NCBI GenBank assembly: GCA_903829945.1
Contig: CAIKRV010000063.1
Location: forward strand, 26,502-90,501
Direction of reading: 5' to 3'
Length of the DNA: 64,000 nt
Origin: an uncultured bacterium
GTDB lineage: Bacteria; Bacteroidota; Bacteroidia; CAILMK01
Shown: in pieces, positions 10,282-20,311 of the stretch
Layout: each line of letters opens with the position of its first letter
Numbering within the stretch: the stretch's first letter is position 1
Translations under genes and position numbers: made by a program
Notes under the pieces: model-generated
Told to the model about the DNA's origin: nothing
Seen by the model: only the letters and a program-made list of their open reading frames with translations
Databases searched by the model: none

Positions 10282-11259
10282 CTAGGACTTTAATAATTCC
10301 TTCCATGTTCCTTTATGGAAGGCATATTTTAGAGTAGAGGAAAGTGATTCAAAAAAATATTTATTAAGATTCACAGAAAAGCTGGGTTGAAAATAACAAT
10401 TGATCGTACAACCCTGACATTTTTCGTGTCGCCCTTCCAATTGGATTTCTTTTTGCACGGTTTCAGATTGGCGCAAAGCAATTAAATTTCCATCTATAGG
10501 AAGTTCAGCTTTGTTTAAATGATAACAAGGAAGGATCAAATTATTTTCGGGCGAAATAACTACTGTAGTACTACCTGCAAAACAAGATGGATCATTTATA
10601 TTATTGCCGCCATTTCTTCTAAGTGTTAAGAATGCCTTATTCAAATAAACGCCTTTGCGTTTTCCCCAATGTTCCAGTATTTCCAAATCCTTTTCACTAA
10701 GTTCAGAACCAATATCCGAATAAGAAAAAATTGGATTTAAAATAAGCATTAATTGATTCGGCACAGTAATCTCTTCATACACCTGTTTGATGTGATGAAT
10801 ATTTGAGCTATTAACGGTAAATAATATATCCGGACGCTCTCCAAGCGATTTTGCTATTTGTATGGAACGTAAAAAATGATCAAAACAATTAACACCGCGT
10901 GATTGATTATGCTCTTCGGCGGTAGGTGCATCTAAAGAAAAATGCAACATGTCTATTAATCCGGCCAATGCTTCTGCGTGCTTAGGATACAATAAAGTAT
11001 TGGTGGTAACAGTTGTGATAAAATTTAAATCTTTGGCAAGTTTTAAAAATATCGGAAGTTCTTTATGAAGTAAAGGTTCACCGCCGGTAAAGTCAATTAC
11101 TTTAACGCCGAGTTTTTTTAAATCTCTTAAGTTTTCGCGTACATTTTCGATATTAACATAGGGAGAAGGTTTTTCCCAAATATCACAAAAACCGCAGGCC
11201 GCATTGCAACGATAAGTTACGTAATAATTGCATAGTACCGGTCGTTTGGTTAAACGCAT
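10282..11259 (-). CDS. Radical SAM protein with Cys-rich C-terminal (SPASM/twitch-like) domain
   Basis: CNAACGFC (CxxxCxxC), FTGGEPLL, C-terminal PCYH and CQGCTINC. Confidence 0.88.
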   Translation of the reverse strand: MRLTKRPVLCNYYVTYRCNAACGFCDIWEKPSPYVNIENVRENLRDLKKLGVKVIDFTGGEPLLHKELPIFLKLAKDLNFITTVTTNTLLYPKHAEALAGLIDMLHFSLDAPTAEEHNQSRGVNCFDHFLRSIQIAKSLGERPDILFTVNSSNIHHIKQVYEEITVPNQLMLILNPIFSYSDIGSELSEKDLEILEHWGKRKGVYLNKAFLTLRRNGGNNINDPSCFAGSTTVVISPENNLILPCYHLNKAELPIDGNLIALRQSETVQKEIQLEGRHEKCQGCTINCYFQPSFSVNLNKYFFESLSSTLKYAFHKGTWKELLKS

Positions 11260-11327
11260 AGAAAATTTAAAATTATAATATCCGGAAGCTACAAATAATT
11301 AAAGAAAAAGCGAAAGAAGATTTGCCC

Positions 11328-12200
11328 TTAAGCTGTTTTCTTTTTCGCTTTGGTTCCTTCTTGCAGCATTCCTAACAGATGCGTAAATTTCTCTTTCATT
11401 TCCTTTCGATTGACGATAAAATCAACGAAGCCGTGTTCCACTAAAAATTCAGCACTTTGAAATCCTTTTGGCAAGTCTTTACCAATTGTCTCCTTAATAA
11501 CTCGCGGACCGGCAAAACCAATTAAGGCACCGGGCTCGGCTACATTAAAATCACCCAGCATAGCAAAGGAAGCAGTAACACCTCCTGTAGTAGGATCGGT
11601 AAGTAAACTGATAAAAGGTACGCCGGCTTGGTCCAACAAGGCAAGTTTAGCGGAAGTTTTAGCCATTTGCATTAAAGATAAGGCTGCTTCCATCATGCGT
11701 GCACCGCCGGATTTTGAAATAATAATTAATGGGAACTGATGAATTCTTGCATAATCAATGGCACGAGCAATTTTTTCACCCACTACGGAGCCCATAGAGC
11801 CGCCAATAAAGGAAAAATCCATGCAGGCAATCACGATATCTATTCCATTCATTTTCCCGGTAGCAGAACGCAAAGCATCATTAAGTTCAGTGGTTTGCCA
11901 GGCTTCCTGTAATCGGGAAGTATAGGGCTTTTTATCTATGAATTTTAATGGATCGGCTGCTTTTAAATCTTTGTCCAATTCCGTAAATATTCCATCATCA
12001 AACAAAATATTGAAATATTGTTTACTGCCTATACGAAAATGATATCCATCTTCCGGACAAACAAAATTATTATCTTCTAAATCGCGAGTAGTGATGGCCT
12101 TTTTACATGAGGGACATTTATTCCATATCCCCTCAGGCACTTCTTTCTTTTCATCAGTGGATGTTAAAATCCCGTCTTTTATTCTCTTAAACCAAGGCAT
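11328..12200 (-). CDS. accD: Acetyl-CoA carboxylase carboxyltransferase beta subunit
   Basis: MPWFKR start; WNKCPSC zinc finger, [42 protein letters not shown] box at 12222-12229 (-). Confidence 0.96.
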   Translation of the reverse strand: MPWFKRIKDGILTSTDEKKEVPEGIWNKCPSCKKAITTRDLEDNNFVCPEDGYHFRIGSKQYFNILFDDGIFTELDKDLKAADPLKFIDKKPYTSRLQEAWQTTELNDALRSATGKMNGIDIVIACMDFSFIGGSMGSVVGEKIARAIDYARIHQFPLIIISKSGGARMMEAALSLMQMAKTSAKLALLDQAGVPFISLLTDPTTGGVTASFAMLGDFNVAEPGALIGFAGPRVIKETIGKDLPKGFQSAEFLVEHGFVDFIVNRKEMKEKFTHLLGMLQEGTKAKKKTA

Positions 12201-12323
12201 AATTTTCCCTTTGTTGCAGGGCAAAGATACAAATTTTGTATCCATTCCGTTGATGGCAGCTCTTACCCATTTAATTATCTAATAATAAAATAATTACATG
12301 CTTAAAACCTTAAAATTAGACAC

Positions 12324-12361
12324 AAAAAAAACCGAAGATTTAAGTAAAATCTTCGGTTTTT
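12324..12361 (-). terminator. Intrinsic terminator after fbaB
   Basis: AAAAACCGAAGATTT / AAATCTTCGGTTTTT stem; the longer A-run on the left gives a U-tract on the - strand. Confidence 0.85.
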
Positions 12362-12377
12362 AATTTATTCAGATAGC

Positions 12378-13436
12378 TTATGCTATGGTAACGTCTTTGC
12401 TTAAATAAACGTCTTGAATGGAATTTAATAATGCAATTCCTTCATTCATTGGTTTTTGGAATGATTTTCTACCGGAAATCAAACCTGCACCGCCGGCACG
12501 TTTATTAATAACGGCGGTAGTAATTGCTTCCGCCAAATCTGAAGCACCTTTGGATTCTCCTCCGGAATTAATTAATCCACTGCGACCCATATAACAATTT
12601 GCCACTTGGTAACGGCAAAGGTCAATCGGATTATCAGAAGTCAATTCAGTATATACTTTTTCAGAGGTTTTACCAAAATTCAAAGCCTTATAACCGCCAT
12701 TGGTTGTAGGAAGTTTTTGTTTAATAATATCCGCTTGAATGGTAACACCTAAATGATTTGCCTGTCCGGTTAAATCAGCTGCAGTATGATAATCTACGCC
12801 ATCTTTTTTGAAAGCGCTATTACGCAAATAGCACCATAAAACGGTAGCCATGCCTAATTCGTGGGCACGTTCAAAGGCAGCAGCTACTTCAACAATTTGA
12901 CGAGCAGATTCATCTGAACCAAAATAAATAGTAGCACCCACGGCTACTGCACCCAAATTCCAAGCATCTTCTACAGAGCCGAACATAATTTGGTCAAATT
13001 TATTTGGATAGGTTAAGAACTCATTGTGATTAATTTTCACAATAAAAGGAATCTTATGCGCATATTTTCTTGAAACAGAAGCTAATACACCATAAGTACT
13101 GGCTACGGCATTACAACCGCCTTCAATTGCTAATTTTACAATGTTTTCCGGATCAAAATACATAGGGTTAGGAGCAAATGAAGCTCCGGCACTATGTTCT
13201 ATTCCTTGATCTACAGGCAAAATGCTCATGTACCCGGTATTTGCCAATCTTCCATGGCCATAAATAGCTTGTAATGAACGTAAAACTTGAGGACTACGAT
13301 TAGAATTAATCCACAAATCATCCACAACGCTAGGTGATGGCAAATGTAAATGTTCTTTCAAAATTGTTTTAGAACTGTGATTGAGAAGGTTATCGGCATT
13401 AGAGCCGAGAAGTTCAGCGATTTTGTCTATATTCAT
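12378..13436 (-). CDS. fbaB: Class I fructose-bisphosphate aldolase (FbaB/DhnA type)
   Basis: [40 protein letters not shown] box at 13480-13487 (-). Confidence 0.95.
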   Translation of the reverse strand: MNIDKIAELLGSNADNLLNHSSKTILKEHLHLPSPSVVDDLWINSNRSPQVLRSLQAIYGHGRLANTGYMSILPVDQGIEHSAGASFAPNPMYFDPENIVKLAIEGGCNAVASTYGVLASVSRKYAHKIPFIVKINHNEFLTYPNKFDQIMFGSVEDAWNLGAVAVGATIYFGSDESARQIVEVAAAFERAHELGMATVLWCYLRNSAFKKDGVDYHTAADLTGQANHLGVTIQADIIKQKLPTTNGGYKALNFGKTSEKVYTELTSDNPIDLCRYQVANCYMGRSGLINSGGESKGASDLAEAITTAVINKRAGGAGLISGRKSFQKPMNEGIALLNSIQDVYLSKDVTIA

Positions 13437-13598
13437 TAGATTTTCAATTTTTTAAGGTTGAATATATTGAAATTTGCTGCAAAGGTACAACGAAAACTTC
13501 GTTTTGAAATGATAAAACTCAGGAATTAGAAAATAGCTGCGCACCTATTTTAATAGGTTTTAAAGCTGTTTAGCCGTTAAATTTCGCAGTTTAATGGC

Positions 13599-14177
13599 TT
13601 AAAGAGCCTCTGCAACTACTTCTTTTACTTCCGGTAATAATCTTTTAAGTAGTCCTTCTATTCCACCCTTTAAGGTAACCATAGAAGAAGGACAACCACT
13701 GCAAGAGCCTCTCAAGCTCAAGGTAACAATACCTTCATCATAGGATTTAAAATCAATGGCACCGCCATCCATTTCCACCACCGGACGAATATTATTGCCT
13801 AAAATATCTTTTATTTTCCTAACAATTTCCGAATCACCTTCATCATGAGAAAATGATGGTATTTCTTGCAGCATTTGGGCGGTGACTACTTCATTTCCGG
13901 TTTCAATAAATTCCTTTAAGAAGGTTCGCATTTTAGGAATAATTTGAATCCATTTCCATTCCTCAGGTTTGGTAATGGTAACAAAATTGGCACTGATAAA
14001 AACGCCTTTTACAAATTCAAATTCAAACAAAGCCTTTGCTAAAGGCGAACGCTCTGCTTCCTCCTTGGAAGTAAAATCAAAAGTCCCACCCTTGGCCAAA
14101 TCTTTATTGGCTACAAATTTTAATGTTTCAGGATTCGGGGTTTGTTCGGCGTATATACTTATAAAATTTTCCATCAT
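13599..14177 (-). CDS. NifU/Nfu family Fe-S cluster carrier
   Basis: EQTPNPETLKF N-domain; DGGAI...GSCSGCPSS C-domain. Confidence 0.92.
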   Translation of the reverse strand: MMENFISIYAEQTPNPETLKFVANKDLAKGGTFDFTSKEEAERSPLAKALFEFEFVKGVFISANFVTITKPEEWKWIQIIPKMRTFLKEFIETGNEVVTAQMLQEIPSFSHDEGDSEIVRKIKDILGNNIRPVVEMDGGAIDFKSYDEGIVTLSLRGSCSGCPSSMVTLKGGIEGLLKRLLPEVKEVVAEAL

Positions 14178-14204
14178 TAATTCTTTTTTTATATTTAATT
14201 CAAC

Positions 14205-14834
14205 TTAGGGAATCTGCATCCATTTATGGGTTTGCAAACTCATTCTCCATTCAGGATGTTCTTTAATAAAATCAATAATTAAAGGAAGCATCTTTTCTTG
14301 TTTACTCCATTCCGGTTGCAATAATAAATTACAATCCTTACCTACTTTACCGGCTTCCTCCAAGGCCCATTTAAAATCGGAATTATTATAAACAATCACT
14401 TTTAGTTCTTGTGCCTGAGCATATATTTCTGAGAGTGGATTTTTAAATTTTTTTGGCGATAAACAAATCCAATCAAAATGACCACTGGCAGGATGTGCTC
14501 CGGAAGTTTCAATATTTATTTCAAATCCGGCCTTTTTTAATCCATCAGTTAAGGAAACAAGATCATGCATAAAAGGTTCCCCACCGGTAATTACCACCAA
14601 TCGAGAAGGATATGCCAAAGCACCTGCAATGATGGCTTCTATGCTTAGTAAAGGGTAATTTTCCGTTTGCCAAGATTCTTTGACATCGCACCAATGACAA
14701 CCCACATCACAACCGGCCAATCGAATAAAATAAGCAGCCCTTCCGGAATGCATTCCTTCACCCTGAAGCGTATAAAATGCTTCCATTACCGGCAATTGCA
14801 TTTCAATATTTGCGGAATTATTGCTCACTGCCAT
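14205..14834 (-). CDS. queE: 7-carboxy-7-deazaguanine synthase QueE
   Basis: EAFYTLQGEG, FIRLAGCDVGCHWCD, ITGGEP, SLQTHK; start overlaps the folD stop (TAATG). Confidence 0.92.
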   Translation of the reverse strand: MAVSNNSANIEMQLPVMEAFYTLQGEGMHSGRAAYFIRLAGCDVGCHWCDVKESWQTENYPLLSIEAIIAGALAYPSRLVVITGGEPFMHDLVSLTDGLKKAGFEINIETSGAHPASGHFDWICLSPKKFKNPLSEIYAQAQELKVIVYNNSDFKWALEEAGKVGKDCNLLLQPEWSKQEKMLPLIIDFIKEHPEWRMSLQTHKWMQIP

Positions 14835-15700
14835 TAATTTGTGGCTTGTAAAGTATTTAAAAGCAAACAAGCTATGGTCATAGGCCCTACCCCCCCGGGT
14901 ACCGGTGTAATGTACGAACATTTGTCTTTGACTTCATTAAAATCAACATCTCCTACCAATCGGAACCCGCTCTTTTTGGAAGCATCATCGATTCGATTCA
15001 TGCCTACGTCAATTATTACTGCGCCTTCTTTGACCATATCTGCTTTTATCAGTTGTGGAATACCCACTGCTGCAATAATAATATCAGCCTTACGGGTATA
15101 GGAAGCTAAATCTATGGTATGACTATGGCAAACAGTAACTGTTGCATTACCTGGATAGGCCGGGCGCGACATTAAAATACTAATCGGGGAGCCTACAATT
15201 TGACTCCTGCCTACAACTACGCAATTTTTTCCTTTGGTTTCAATATTATACTCTTCCAGTATTTTTAAAATGCCGTAGGGCGTAGCCGGCAAAGCACAGG
15301 GTAAATTCTTGGCCATACGTCCAATATTCATAGGATGGAAACCATCAACATCCTTTCGGTAATCAATTTTTTCTACCACTTTACTAACATCAATATGCTT
15401 AGGCAATGGCAATTGCACCAATAATCCATGGATGTCCGGATCATTATTAATTACATCAATTTGATGTAATAATTCTGCCTCGCTAATCGAAGATTCATAT
15501 CGAAACAAAGAAGATTTAAATCCTATTTCTTCACAGGATTTAATTTTATTGCGCACATAAGTTTCACTTGCCGGGTCATTTCCCACCAAAATGGCACATA
15601 AATGCGGAATGGAAGCTCCGGAATCTTTTTTCCGTGAAACTTCTTCTTTGATTTGATTTTTTATTTTTATAGAAAGTGCTTTACCGTCAAGTATTTGCAT
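14834..15700 (-). CDS. folD: Bifunctional methylenetetrahydrofolate dehydrogenase/cyclohydrolase
   Basis: [32 protein letters not shown]. Confidence 0.97.
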   Translation of the reverse strand: MQILDGKALSIKIKNQIKEEVSRKKDSGASIPHLCAILVGNDPASETYVRNKIKSCEEIGFKSSLFRYESSISEAELLHQIDVINNDPDIHGLLVQLPLPKHIDVSKVVEKIDYRKDVDGFHPMNIGRMAKNLPCALPATPYGILKILEEYNIETKGKNCVVVGRSQIVGSPISILMSRPAYPGNATVTVCHSHTIDLASYTRKADIIIAAVGIPQLIKADMVKEGAVIIDVGMNRIDDASKKSGFRLVGDVDFNEVKDKCSYITPVPGGVGPMTIACLLLNTLQATN

Positions 15701-15789
15701 AAAATAATTTTAAAATTTTCAGCATTGGAATGCTGCTGCAAATTTCCGTTTTATTTAGTTCTAAATCAATAAAAGTAAAGCAATTTAAT

Positions 15790-16518
15790 TTAGCTTCTTC
15801 TGGCTTCGTAGAAAATAATTCCCGCAGCTACCGAAACATTTAAGGATTGAATGGCCCCGGTCATAGGTATTTTAACCTGATCATCACATAATTCCAGTAA
15901 TGCCGGATGAATACCTTCATCTTCCGCACCCAAAACAATGGCTGTCGGGACAGAAAAATTTGCTTCTGAAACTGACTTTTTAGCCTTCTCTGTACAAGCA
16001 ATTAATTGCAAACCGGAATCCTTAATCAGTTTCAAGCTTTGATTAAAATTAATTTCCCTGCAAAGATGAATTTTATTTAGTGCGCCTGCAGAGGATTTGA
16101 GCGCATCGGCATTGAGCATGGCCGAACCGGAGGATGGAAATACCAAAGCTTGAATGCCAAAGCATTCTGCGCTTCTGGCAATGGCACCAAAATTTCTTAC
16201 ATCCGTAATACCATCCATAATAGCAATCATAGGAGTTTCACCGCTTTCAAATAATCCGGGGAGCACTTGGTCAATGCTTTCAAACTCCACCGGTGAGGTG
16301 AGTGCGATGACGCCCTGATGTGTCTTTGAGGTTAATCGGTTTAGCTTTTCCCTGGGTACAAACTGAAATGGAACCTTATATAATTTTAACTTAGAAATAA
16401 GTTCAGCAATGCGTTCATTGTGAATATCTTTTTGGATATACACTTTATTGATAGGCACTCCGGAAGCCAGTGCTTCATTAAGCGGGTGAATGCCATAAAT
16501 TTTTTGCTTTGGTTCCAT
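15790..16518 (-). CDS. rlmB: 23S rRNA (G2251-2'-O)-methyltransferase, SPOUT family
   Basis: YGIHP, HQGVIA, DGITDVRNFGAIARSA, IPMTGAIQSLNVSVA; TACCTTTG box at 16539-16546 (-). Confidence 0.9.
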   Translation of the reverse strand: MEPKQKIYGIHPLNEALASGVPINKVYIQKDIHNERIAELISKLKLYKVPFQFVPREKLNRLTSKTHQGVIALTSPVEFESIDQVLPGLFESGETPMIAIMDGITDVRNFGAIARSAECFGIQALVFPSSGSAMLNADALKSSAGALNKIHLCREINFNQSLKLIKDSGLQLIACTEKAKKSVSEANFSVPTAIVLGAEDEGIHPALLELCDDQVKIPMTGAIQSLNVSVAAGIIFYEARRS

Positions 16519-16566
16519 ACAACTTCTTAAAGAAGTTGCAAAGGTAGTTTAATATTTGCTTATGTA

Positions 16567-17577
16567 TTAAGTACCTTTTTGCATATTGCTGTATATAATA
16601 TTTGAAATGCCTTGAATAACACCGGCCAAGGTATATACATTTTTGCCTTTGGTCATTATTCCAAGTAAATAAGGCTTTCCGCCGCAATATACCAAACCGC
16701 AATCGTGCAATTGATTTTCACTATTAGAAAACCATTGTCCGTATTTATGTGCTACATGTATACCGGGACATCCGGCTTCAATGCCATCTTTAAAATACAC
16801 CTGAGATAATATTTCTAATGCAAAATTAGATTGTTCTTTGGTAAGGTAGGAAGCATTGTATAATACTCTGAAAAAGCGCATATAATCCGCAACGCATAAA
16901 TAATCCGCATCACTGGAAAACTTTACTGCCATTTTTATGTTAAAATCCTCGTAAACTTTAGCAATAAATTTGGTTGGTATATTTGCGTCCAGAATAACAG
17001 TGGCATCATTATCGGAATACTCAATCATTTGTTTTAATAATTCCTTGATGGTATATTGCTGTCCAATTTGTAAAGACTTAGGGATATTATTAGGCACATC
17101 AATTTGAAAATGACGATACGTAAATTTTTTATTTAATACTCCGGGACTGTCCTGCTCATATTTTAAATAGGCCAATAGTTCGGGAACTTTCATCAAACTT
17201 GCCGGGTGAAAATTTTCATGGTCATTAATTCCAAACATATAACCATCATTTAACCCCCGGAAATAAACAGACACAGCGTTTACTTTTCCTTCCGCTTGGC
17301 ATTTCTTAATGTATTCGGCAACTTCTTCTCTAAATGGTTGTACGTAATTTATATTTGAATTTTCGAGATTTGGATTTAAAAAAGGAAATTGCGCATTAAT
17401 TCTAGACTCGGACGGATGTTCATTTTTATTATTAGCCGGAGTTTTATTCGCATTATGGAAAAAATAATAAAGCGAAAATGAAGTCGTAATCCAAGCGAAG
17501 CATATCATAATCAAAATCCAGAGTGGTACTTGCTTTGGCTTAGTATAGGATGGTATTCCTATTGGAGATTTTGGCAT
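16567..17577 (-). CDS. Membrane-anchored serine hydrolase, class A beta-lactamase-like fold
   Basis: SxxK (ASLMK), SDN and KYG motifs, HDCGLV; N-terminal TM helix. Confidence 0.8.
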   Translation of the reverse strand: MPKSPIGIPSYTKPKQVPLWILIMICFAWITTSFSLYYFFHNANKTPANNKNEHPSESRINAQFPFLNPNLENSNINYVQPFREEVAEYIKKCQAEGKVNAVSVYFRGLNDGYMFGINDHENFHPASLMKVPELLAYLKYEQDSPGVLNKKFTYRHFQIDVPNNIPKSLQIGQQYTIKELLKQMIEYSDNDATVILDANIPTKFIAKVYEDFNIKMAVKFSSDADYLCVADYMRFFRVLYNASYLTKEQSNFALEILSQVYFKDGIEAGCPGIHVAHKYGQWFSNSENQLHDCGLVYCGGKPYLLGIMTKGKNVYTLAGVIQGISNIIYSNMQKGT

Positions 17578-17912
17578 GTTGTGAAGTTTTTATAGTGTGG
17601 TTTACAAAAATACATAAATGTTTCTTTTCAGTAAAAAAATATTTTTAAATCGGCGAAAAATGCACCCTTAAATTTATAATGCCACGCTGAAATAAAATCA
17701 TTTATGTATTTGATTTATTTTTTATAGCAGGTGCTAAGGTATTAAGGGTACTTTATCATTACAGTAGATAAGACTCTAATGTACCCACGGGGTTTATTTT
17801 GAAAAGAATTATAAGTATCCATGTGCCATTTTGTAGTTTAGTTCATCTATCCTTCAAAATTATAAGCTGCCAAAACATGATGTATCATGATTTTTTGAAA
17901 TCTTACTTGGAT

Positions 17913-17945
17913 AAAAAAAAGGGAACCTGCATAGATTCCCCTTTT
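17913..17945 (-). terminator. Intrinsic terminator after the ychF-DUF3127 pair
   Basis: GGGAACCT/AGATTCCC stem preceded by an A8 run (U-tract on -). Confidence 0.7.
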
Positions 17946-17964
17946 GATTTATTTTCAAATTCCA

Positions 17965-18327
17965 TTAAAAAGGTAATTCATCCGGTGGCATATGCTCCAT
18001 AGAAGGCATGCCCGTATCTGATGGCAATTGATCTTCATTATCGGTAATTGCAACTTGTAGGCGATCTATTTTCCAAGCTTTTATATCTGTGTACCAACGA
18101 TCATTATATTCTCTGGATTCTACATTAAAAGACACTTTTAATTTATCCCCCGGTTTAAATTTTTTTAAATCTTCTACTTTATCACCCCAAGCAGCAATGC
18201 AAACCTTTTTAGGAAATTGTTCATCCGTTTCCAAAATAAAATCGCGTTTTACCCAATTTCCATTTTTACTTACTCCGGTCTGCTCCGCTTGCATTTTCCA
18301 TAGGGTCCCAGTAATTTCTAATGCCAT
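17965..18327 (-). CDS. DUF3127 domain protein
   Basis: G-W-KRDFILET..QFPKKV, FNVESREYNDRWYTDIKAWKI; acidic tail ending DELPF. Confidence 0.88.
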   Translation of the reverse strand: MALEITGTLWKMQAEQTGVSKNGNWVKRDFILETDEQFPKKVCIAAWGDKVEDLKKFKPGDKLKVSFNVESREYNDRWYTDIKAWKIDRLQVAITDNEDQLPSDTGMPSMEHMPPDELPF

Positions 18328-18354
18328 AATTTTATTATTTTAATTTGTGCTTTT

Positions 18355-19452
18355 TTAAACGTTAAATCTAAAATGCATGATGTCGCCATCGGCTACTACA
18401 TATTCCTTGCCTTCCACTCTTATTTTTCCTGCATCGCGGCAGGCAGATTCTGAGCCGTAGCTGATAAAGTCTTGGTAAGAGATCACCTCCGCCCTGATAA
18501 AGCCTTTTTCAAAATCGGAATGGATGACACCTGCAGCTTGCGGTGCTTTAGTATTCAGTTCTATTTGCCAAGCGCGAACTTCCTTGACCCCTGCCGTAAA
18601 ATAAGTGATTAAATTTAGCAATCTATAGGCAGTAGTTATTAATCTATGAACACCCGGCTCCTGCAAGCCGTACATACTTAAGTATTCTTTGCGTTCTTCC
18701 AAGGTGGCTAATTCTGCTATTTCGGATTCAATCTTAGCTGAAATAATTAATAATTCTGCATGCTCATCCTTAATGGCTTCTCGCAATTGATCTACATGGG
18801 CATTTCCATGAAGTACAGCTGCTTCATCCACATTGGCTAAGTAAAGCACCGGCTTTATTGTAATTAAATGTAAATCACGAATTAATTCTTTCTCTTCGGG
18901 TGTCATTTCCATGCTTCTGATGGATTTGGCTGCCTCCAAATGATTTTTGGCGCGTTGCAAAACTTCTAAAGTTTTTTGCAGGGTCTTATCCCCTCCTTTG
19001 GCTTGCTTTTCAATGCGCTGAATACGTTTCTCAACACTATCCAAATCTTTCAGCTGCAATTCGATATCAATAATTTCTTTATCACGTACCGGATGCACGG
19101 AACCATCTACATGAATTACATTAGGATCATCAAAACAACGTATCACATGTATAATAGCATTGGTATCTCTGATATTTCCTAAAAATTGATTGCCTAATCC
19201 TTCCCCTTTGGAGGCACCTTTAACCAAACCTGCAATATCTACTATTTCAATAGTATTGGGCAATACATTCTGCGGATTGACCAACTCGGTTAATTTTAAT
19301 AATCGAGGATCCGGAACGGTAATTACGCCCACATTGGGTTCAATTGTACAAAAAGGGAAATTGGCTGCTTGCGCCTTTGCGCTTGATAGAGAGTTAAATA
19401 GCGTTGATTTACCCACATTTGGTAATCCAACTATACCACATTGTAATGCCAC
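18355..19452 (-). CDS. ychF: Redox-regulated ATPase YchF
   Basis: GTG start at 19452 ([17 protein letters not shown]), [40 protein letters not shown] box at 19476-19483 (-). Confidence 0.97.
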   Translation of the reverse strand: MALQCGIVGLPNVGKSTLFNSLSSAKAQAANFPFCTIEPNVGVITVPDPRLLKLTELVNPQNVLPNTIEIVDIAGLVKGASKGEGLGNQFLGNIRDTNAIIHVIRCFDDPNVIHVDGSVHPVRDKEIIDIELQLKDLDSVEKRIQRIEKQAKGGDKTLQKTLEVLQRAKNHLEAAKSIRSMEMTPEEKELIRDLHLITIKPVLYLANVDEAAVLHGNAHVDQLREAIKDEHAELLIISAKIESEIAELATLEERKEYLSMYGLQEPGVHRLITTAYRLLNLITYFTAGVKEVRAWQIELNTKAPQAAGVIHSDFEKGFIRAEVISYQDFISYGSESACRDAGKIRVEGKEYVVADGDIMHFRFNV

Positions 19453-19832
19453 GTCTTGATTATAATTTAGAACTACAAAGGTAGGCAAAAGAGCCCGCAT
19501 GCCCTAAAATTATGTACTGCCCCTCTATTTTTAATCGTTTTTAGAAGATAATCAAGGCATATTGGATAGATTTTTTTGAAATATTGACAAAGTACTTATT
19601 TAGAATTTAAAGATTTATGTCAAATTTTTAAAATATTTAAGGCTTCAAAATCAAGGAAGGCTATACATCCAACAATGGGACATCATCATTTTAATATTTT
19701 ATTGAACTGTTTATCAATATGTTATAAAATAAGCCCTATATAAATCATTCAAAAAGTGATGCAAAATATGTTCCTTCTAAACAATGTAAGTAAATGGCTA
19801 AGCTTGCTATTTTTCAAGGATAAAAATGCCTT

Positions 19833-19840
19833 TAGATTTG
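19833..19840 (+). promoter_or_regulatory. -7 box (TAGATTTG), predicted promoter of the hairpin-array RNA
   Basis: Exact TAnnTTTG 55 nt before the first hairpin, with no + strand ORF downstream to serve; no clean -33 TTTG seen. Confidence 0.6.
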
Positions 19841-19895
19841 AATCATAATTTAAATGTAACGCAAATAAGCAAAAGCTCTACAAACCAAATTAAGT

Positions 19896-20297
19896 CTAAT
19901 CCCGTAAGATTAGCGAAACGCACACAAAGCATAAGCCCCGTAAGGCTTATCTAGAATGGAATCCCGTAAGATTCCGGAACAACATAGCAAGTAAAACCCC
20001 GTAAGGTTTTACAACATGAAGCCCCGTAAGGCTTCGGAACAAAACAAAAAGATAACCCCGTAAGGTTATTTAAGTTGAAGCCCCGTAAGGCTTCCGAAGA
20101 AGACAAAAAGTAAAACCCCGTAAGGTTTTATAAGATGAAGCCCCGTAAGGTTTCGGAACAAGATGAAAGGTAAAGCCCCGTAAGGTTTCACCATGAAAGA
20201 ACCCTCCAAGGTTCAAAAATTAAAGCAAGTTCAACTTGCAAAAAATAAAAGGTGAGATCCCGTAAGGTCTTCCAAAAGTGCGGATCCCGTAAGGTCC
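19896..20297 (+). repeat. Array of hairpins with core CCCGTAAG in ~60-nt two-hairpin units
   Basis: CCGTAA loops start at 19902, 19938, 19964, 19999, 20024, 20058, 20083, 20118, 20143, 20178, 20260, 20287; variant CTCCAA at 20204. Confidence 0.97.
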
Positions 20298-20311
20298 CGA
20301 AACAACAAATG

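Noticed and set aside
19584..19606. E. coli-type TTGACA/TAGAAT promoter upstream of the array
   Set aside because: The spacer is only 11 nt, and this lineage uses TAnnTTTG promoters.
19896..20297. CRISPR array
   Set aside because: The conserved part is only ~8 nt, the stems vary, the linkers are short and similar to each other rather than unique spacers, and there are no cas genes in the window.
19896..20297. REP/BIME elements or replication iterons
   Set aside because: REPs and iterons conserve the primary sequence of the whole unit. Here only the loop is fixed, the stems covary with strand-biased G-U pairs, all copies share one orientation, and no RAYT or rep gene is nearby.
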